64,000 nt of DNA, from contig CAVUDP010000002.1 of NCBI GenBank assembly GCA_963740315.1, positions 2,144,001 to 2,208,000 on the forward strand. Reading direction: 5' to 3'. This stretch comes from an uncultured cyanobacterium (GTDB lineage: Bacteria; Cyanobacteriota; Cyanobacteriia; Cyanobacteriales; Nostocaceae). The notes under the pieces were generated by a model. It had not been told where the DNA came from. It did no database searches and was given only the letters and a program-made list of their open reading frames with translations. Shown in pieces: positions 60,690 to 64,000 of the stretch; the first letter of the stretch is position 1, and each line of letters opens with the position of its first letter. The translations under genes were made by a program, and so were the position numbers.

Positions 60690-62966
60690 TTAATTAAATG
60701 TATTTAACTTAATAGCTAACTCTTCATCCGTATGATGAGGAAGATGATGGGATTGAGTTGTTGTAATCGGTATCTCAATGCAAAATTCGGTTCCTTGTCC
60801 AACTTTAGATATGCACTTGATACGCCCGTTATGCTTGTCTTGAATAATTTGATAGCTTATTGATAAACCTAAACCCGTACCATCACCAACTGGTTTAGTT
60901 GTAAAGAAAGGATTAAAGATTTTCTGGATGACATCTTCTGGTATTCCAGTTCCATTGTCTTTAATACAAATGCTTACCCAATCTGGTTCGAGTAGTTGTG
61001 TCGTAACTGTAATTTTCATCGGGTTAAGACTTTGTTCTTCGGGAGATTGCTTTTTATAATTTTCGCGCAATGCATCAATAGCATTACCAATTAGGTTCAT
61101 AAACACTTGGTTTAATTGACCTGGATAGCATTCTATTTTCGGCAATTCCGCATAGTTTTTTACTAATTCAATTCCAGGGTTTTCTCCGCTAGCTTTGATG
61201 CGATTTTGTAAAATAACGATGGTACTATCAATACCTTCATGAATATCAGCAAACTTCATTTCTGCTTCATCGAGCCTAGAGAAATTACGTAATGTTCGGA
61301 CAATTTCACGAATGCGATCGGCTCCCATTTCCATTGAAGATAACAACCTGGGTAAATCTTCTAACATATAGTTCAGGTCGATCTCTTCGATAAATTTTTC
61401 AATTTCGGGATCGGTATTTTTACTATGTTTTTTATAGAGATTAACTAAAGCAGTAAGATCCTCGAAGTAGTTGCTTGCGTGAGAAAGATTACCGTAGATG
61501 AAATTAACCGGATTATTAATTTCGTGAGCAACTCCAGCTACAAGTTCACCAAGACTCGACATTTTTTCAGTTTGAACCAGTTGCGCTTGAGTTTGCTGTA
61601 ATTCTTGCAAAGCTTGGCTGAGTTTCTTGGCTTGAGTTTCAGCAACAACTGCTGCATTTCGAGTTTGCGAGTATAATTCGGCTTGATCTATCGCGATCGC
61701 CAATTGGTTAGCGACTAACTGTAACAACTCGGCTTCATCATTATCCCAAAGTCGAGGTTTATTGCATTCACAGACAATAACACCAATTTGACCCGAACGA
61801 GTCCGTCAAAAAGCGATTAATAAAGAAGAAATTCCTAAATATGTGAGTAATCCTTGGCTTTTACTATCAAGTTGATTATCTGTAGCGACATCATCTATAC
61901 GTAACAATTTTAAATCTTTTAAATGTTGCTCTAAAGTTTGCATTTGCCAAATAGTTTCATCTTGGCTAACATTATTTGAATATTCCGATTCGCAAGCTTC
62001 ATGACAAAGTTCAAAATGAGGAGGGTTATCCTCACTCATAGAACACCAAAGAAATTTACACTGAGTAATACCAAACAAATCTCGGATTTCTTCAACTGCT
62101 GTTTCTAGAACCTTTTCTAATTCCAAAGAATTGCGAATTTCGCTAGCTAAATAGTTGAGTAATTCTCGACGTTCGGCTGTTTTTTCTAAGCGACGTTGGT
62201 TTAACTGAATTCTAACAGCCATTTTGTCAAAAGCAGATGAAAGCTGAGCTAATTCATCCGAACCGTTTAATTTACTTCTGACCTTTAAATTTCCTTGAGC
62301 CAAACTGTTAGTAGCCTTGAGTAATTTTACGGCTCGATTAGTAAGAGTTTTTTCAAAAAATATCCATACTAGAAGACAAGAAAGAGCAACAACACCAGAA
62401 GCTTCAAGCGATCGCTGCAATGCATCAGCATTAGTGCGTTGTTTTAACAGAGAAATATCATATTCAAGTACAAGAACTCCTACTTTTGTCGGACGAACTT
62501 CACCAGGTAGAGAACCTAAGACTACAGGATACATTGCCTGTATGCTATTTTTATTTTTAGATAATATTACTTCCCCAGACATCCTTGCTCGAACTTTGTT
62601 TAGTTGCGTCATGTATTTAGCAGCTTTAGTACGATCGACTTGCTGATTTCGCAATTCATAGCGGGTTGCCAAAAGAATATTATTGTTTTGATCACCAAGA
62701 ATTGCTAACTTAATTGTAGGGTCGCCACCTAATTTGCTAATAACTAATTCAGCCCCTTCAATATCTCCCTTACGGAAAAGATACTCCAGCGTTCCAGAAG
62801 TTTGATCCCCAGAAAAACGTGCTTGATCGATCGCCTGTTTTTCTTTTCGTGCCGACGAAAGCGATACATCTCTTTGAAACGAAAATACACTTAATACGGT
62901 GCCAAATATTAATAAAATTACCGGAATAGAGAACCGTAAAGGTAAAGGAATAGGGAACTTTTTCAT
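60690..62966 (-). pseudogene. Membrane sensor histidine kinase (TM-sensor-TM-HAMP-GAF-HisKA-HATPase) interrupted by one in-frame TGA
   Basis: ORFs 61806..63002 and 60690..61727 are in the same frame. Read-through gives SLLIAF*RTRSGQIGVIVCECNKPRLWDNDEAELLQLVANQLAIAIDQA. Kinase motifs AHEINNP, NAIDA, FFTTK and GTGLGL. Confidence 0.85.
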
Positions 62967-63042
62967 GATGCTACCTGATATGAATATTTCCAAGTTGAGC
63001 AAAAAAAATCTAGCCGGAAGTAATATTTTTTATAGATAAAGA

Positions 63043-64000
63043 TTATTCTTTTGCCGCTTGTATATTTACTTTTTTAACAATACTTGCTTCAAACAAAGAT
63101 GTTGGGTCAATTCTTTTTTGTAATAATTTATTATCAACCATAAATTGAGCTACTTTTTTAACTTTTTCGTTTGACGAAGTATTATTTTTTGCAAGTATAT
63201 TTTGATTCTCTTCTAGGTCGGGAATCTGAATACCTTCTAAGGATTTAAGAAATTGTTGTGGCGTTACCCCTTCGCGGGGAGCAATTCGTCTTGCAGCATC
63301 TTGAGGGTTTTCTCTTAAGTAATTTAGAGCAGAAAAATAGCCATCCAGTAAATCCTGAACGGCAGAAGTTTGTTTATTTAAAAGTTCATCTCTAACTACA
63401 AGAACATCCAGTATTTCACCTGGAATATTGCTGCTGTCAAACAATAAGTTCGCACCTTTTGCTAATAACTTAGAACCAGTAGGTTCAGAAGTTACAACTG
63501 CATCAACTTTTCTTCTTTTAAAAGCCTGTTCGTGTTCTGATAATCCTAAAGATACAATTTGAACATCTTTAGGCATTAAATTCACTTTCTCCAATGCTCG
63601 TGTCAAAATAAAGCCTCCTAAAGCCCCAGATTCGACACCAACCCGCTTACCTTTAATAGCCTGTAAAGTTTTGATTTCAGGTTTTGCTAGAATTGCATCT
63701 GCACCGTTAGAACTATCTAAGATAAGAACGACTCGCACATCTGGCTCAGTTTCTGCAACTAACAAAGCTTCATAAAGAGTTAGCGCTGCTGCTTGCAGAT
63801 TTTGATTGCGAAAAGCCCGGATTACTTCTGAATTTGAAGGATAGTCAACTAAACGTATTGGCGTATCTTTGTAATGTCCTAAATCGCGAGCTAAGAAAAG
63901 ACTTTCATAACCCGGCCAGACAATAAAACCTACTCGTAAAGGATCTGGAGGATTTTGAATACATCCAACTAGAGTTGATACAAGTAGCGTTCCAAAAAAA
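63043..64000 (-). CDS. NMT1/SsuA-like substrate-binding lipoprotein (5' end beyond the window)
   Basis: The frame stays open to the window edge: FFGTLLVSTLVGC (lipobox)...LRVGFIVWPGYESLFLA...DSSNGADAI...IPGEILDVL. Confidence 0.88.
   Translation of the reverse strand, partial: FFGTLLVSTLVGCIQNPPDPLRVGFIVWPGYESLFLARDLGHYKDTPIRLVDYPSNSEVIRAFRNQNLQAAALTLYEALLVAETEPDVRVVLILDSSNGADAILAKPEIKTLQAIKGKRVGVESGALGGFILTRALEKVNLMPKDVQIVSLGLSEHEQAFKRRKVDAVVTSEPTGSKLLAKGANLLFDSSNIPGEILDVLVVRDELLNKQTSAVQDLLDGYFSALNYLRENPQDAARRIAPREGVTPQQFLKSLEGIQIPDLEENQNILAKNNTSSNEKVKKVAQFMVDNKLLQKRIDPTSLFEASIVKKVNIQAAKE

Larger units (their letters stand above)
1..64000. repeat. HIP1 octamer GCGATCGC dispersed through the window
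   Basis: Many copies in coding and intergenic DNA (e.g. near 540, 2704, 9108, 10085, 29026). This is a cyanobacterial hallmark. Confidence 0.9.

Noticed and set aside
61806..61808. Selenocysteine codon in the kinase
   Set aside because: The position is not a redox or catalytic Cys site, I see no clear SECIS-like hairpin, and there are no sel genes in the window.
1..64000. rRNA, tRNA, prophage or intact IS elements
   Set aside because: None recognised by eye; tRNAscan-SE, Infernal and ISEScan would be needed to exclude them formally.

Overview
This is a 64 kb chromosomal window from an AT-rich cyanobacterium. Frequent HIP1 octamers (GCGATCGC), STRR heptamer tracts and the gene content suggest a filamentous heterocystous (Nostocales-type) organism; this is an inference. 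Core genes include furC/perR, ispD, ispG, scpB, an HtrA protease, a C-terminal protease, mfd, the natFGH-bgtA amino acid ABC transporter and malic enzyme. The most striking accessory locus is an ~8.2 kb tandem array (31609-39828) of six exported internalin-like LRR genes with roughly 85 22-aa (66-bp) modules by manual count. The genes share Cys-containing N- and C-caps and vary mainly at the concave-face positions. The array also shows identical modules recurring at non-adjacent positions, a chimeric gene, a double-cap fusion, orphan cassette fragments and a homopolymer frameshift. Together these suggest a recombination-diversified binder repertoire, conceptually like variable lymphocyte receptors. 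Other notable items are: a subtilase fused to a lectin-like beta-propeller; a membrane/coiled-coil protein with a possible PLD-like C-terminus; an HTH gene with its own promoter and palindromic operator; an AAA-ATPase/RloB pair; a frameshifted Rpn/DUF4351 gene that keeps an internal antitoxin-type start; a sensor kinase split by one in-frame TGA; a candidate sRNA; several MITE and small dispersed repeat families; and two unannotated pseudogene remnants. No rRNA, tRNA, CRISPR array or intact transposase was recognised. All calls were made by eye, with no database searches.
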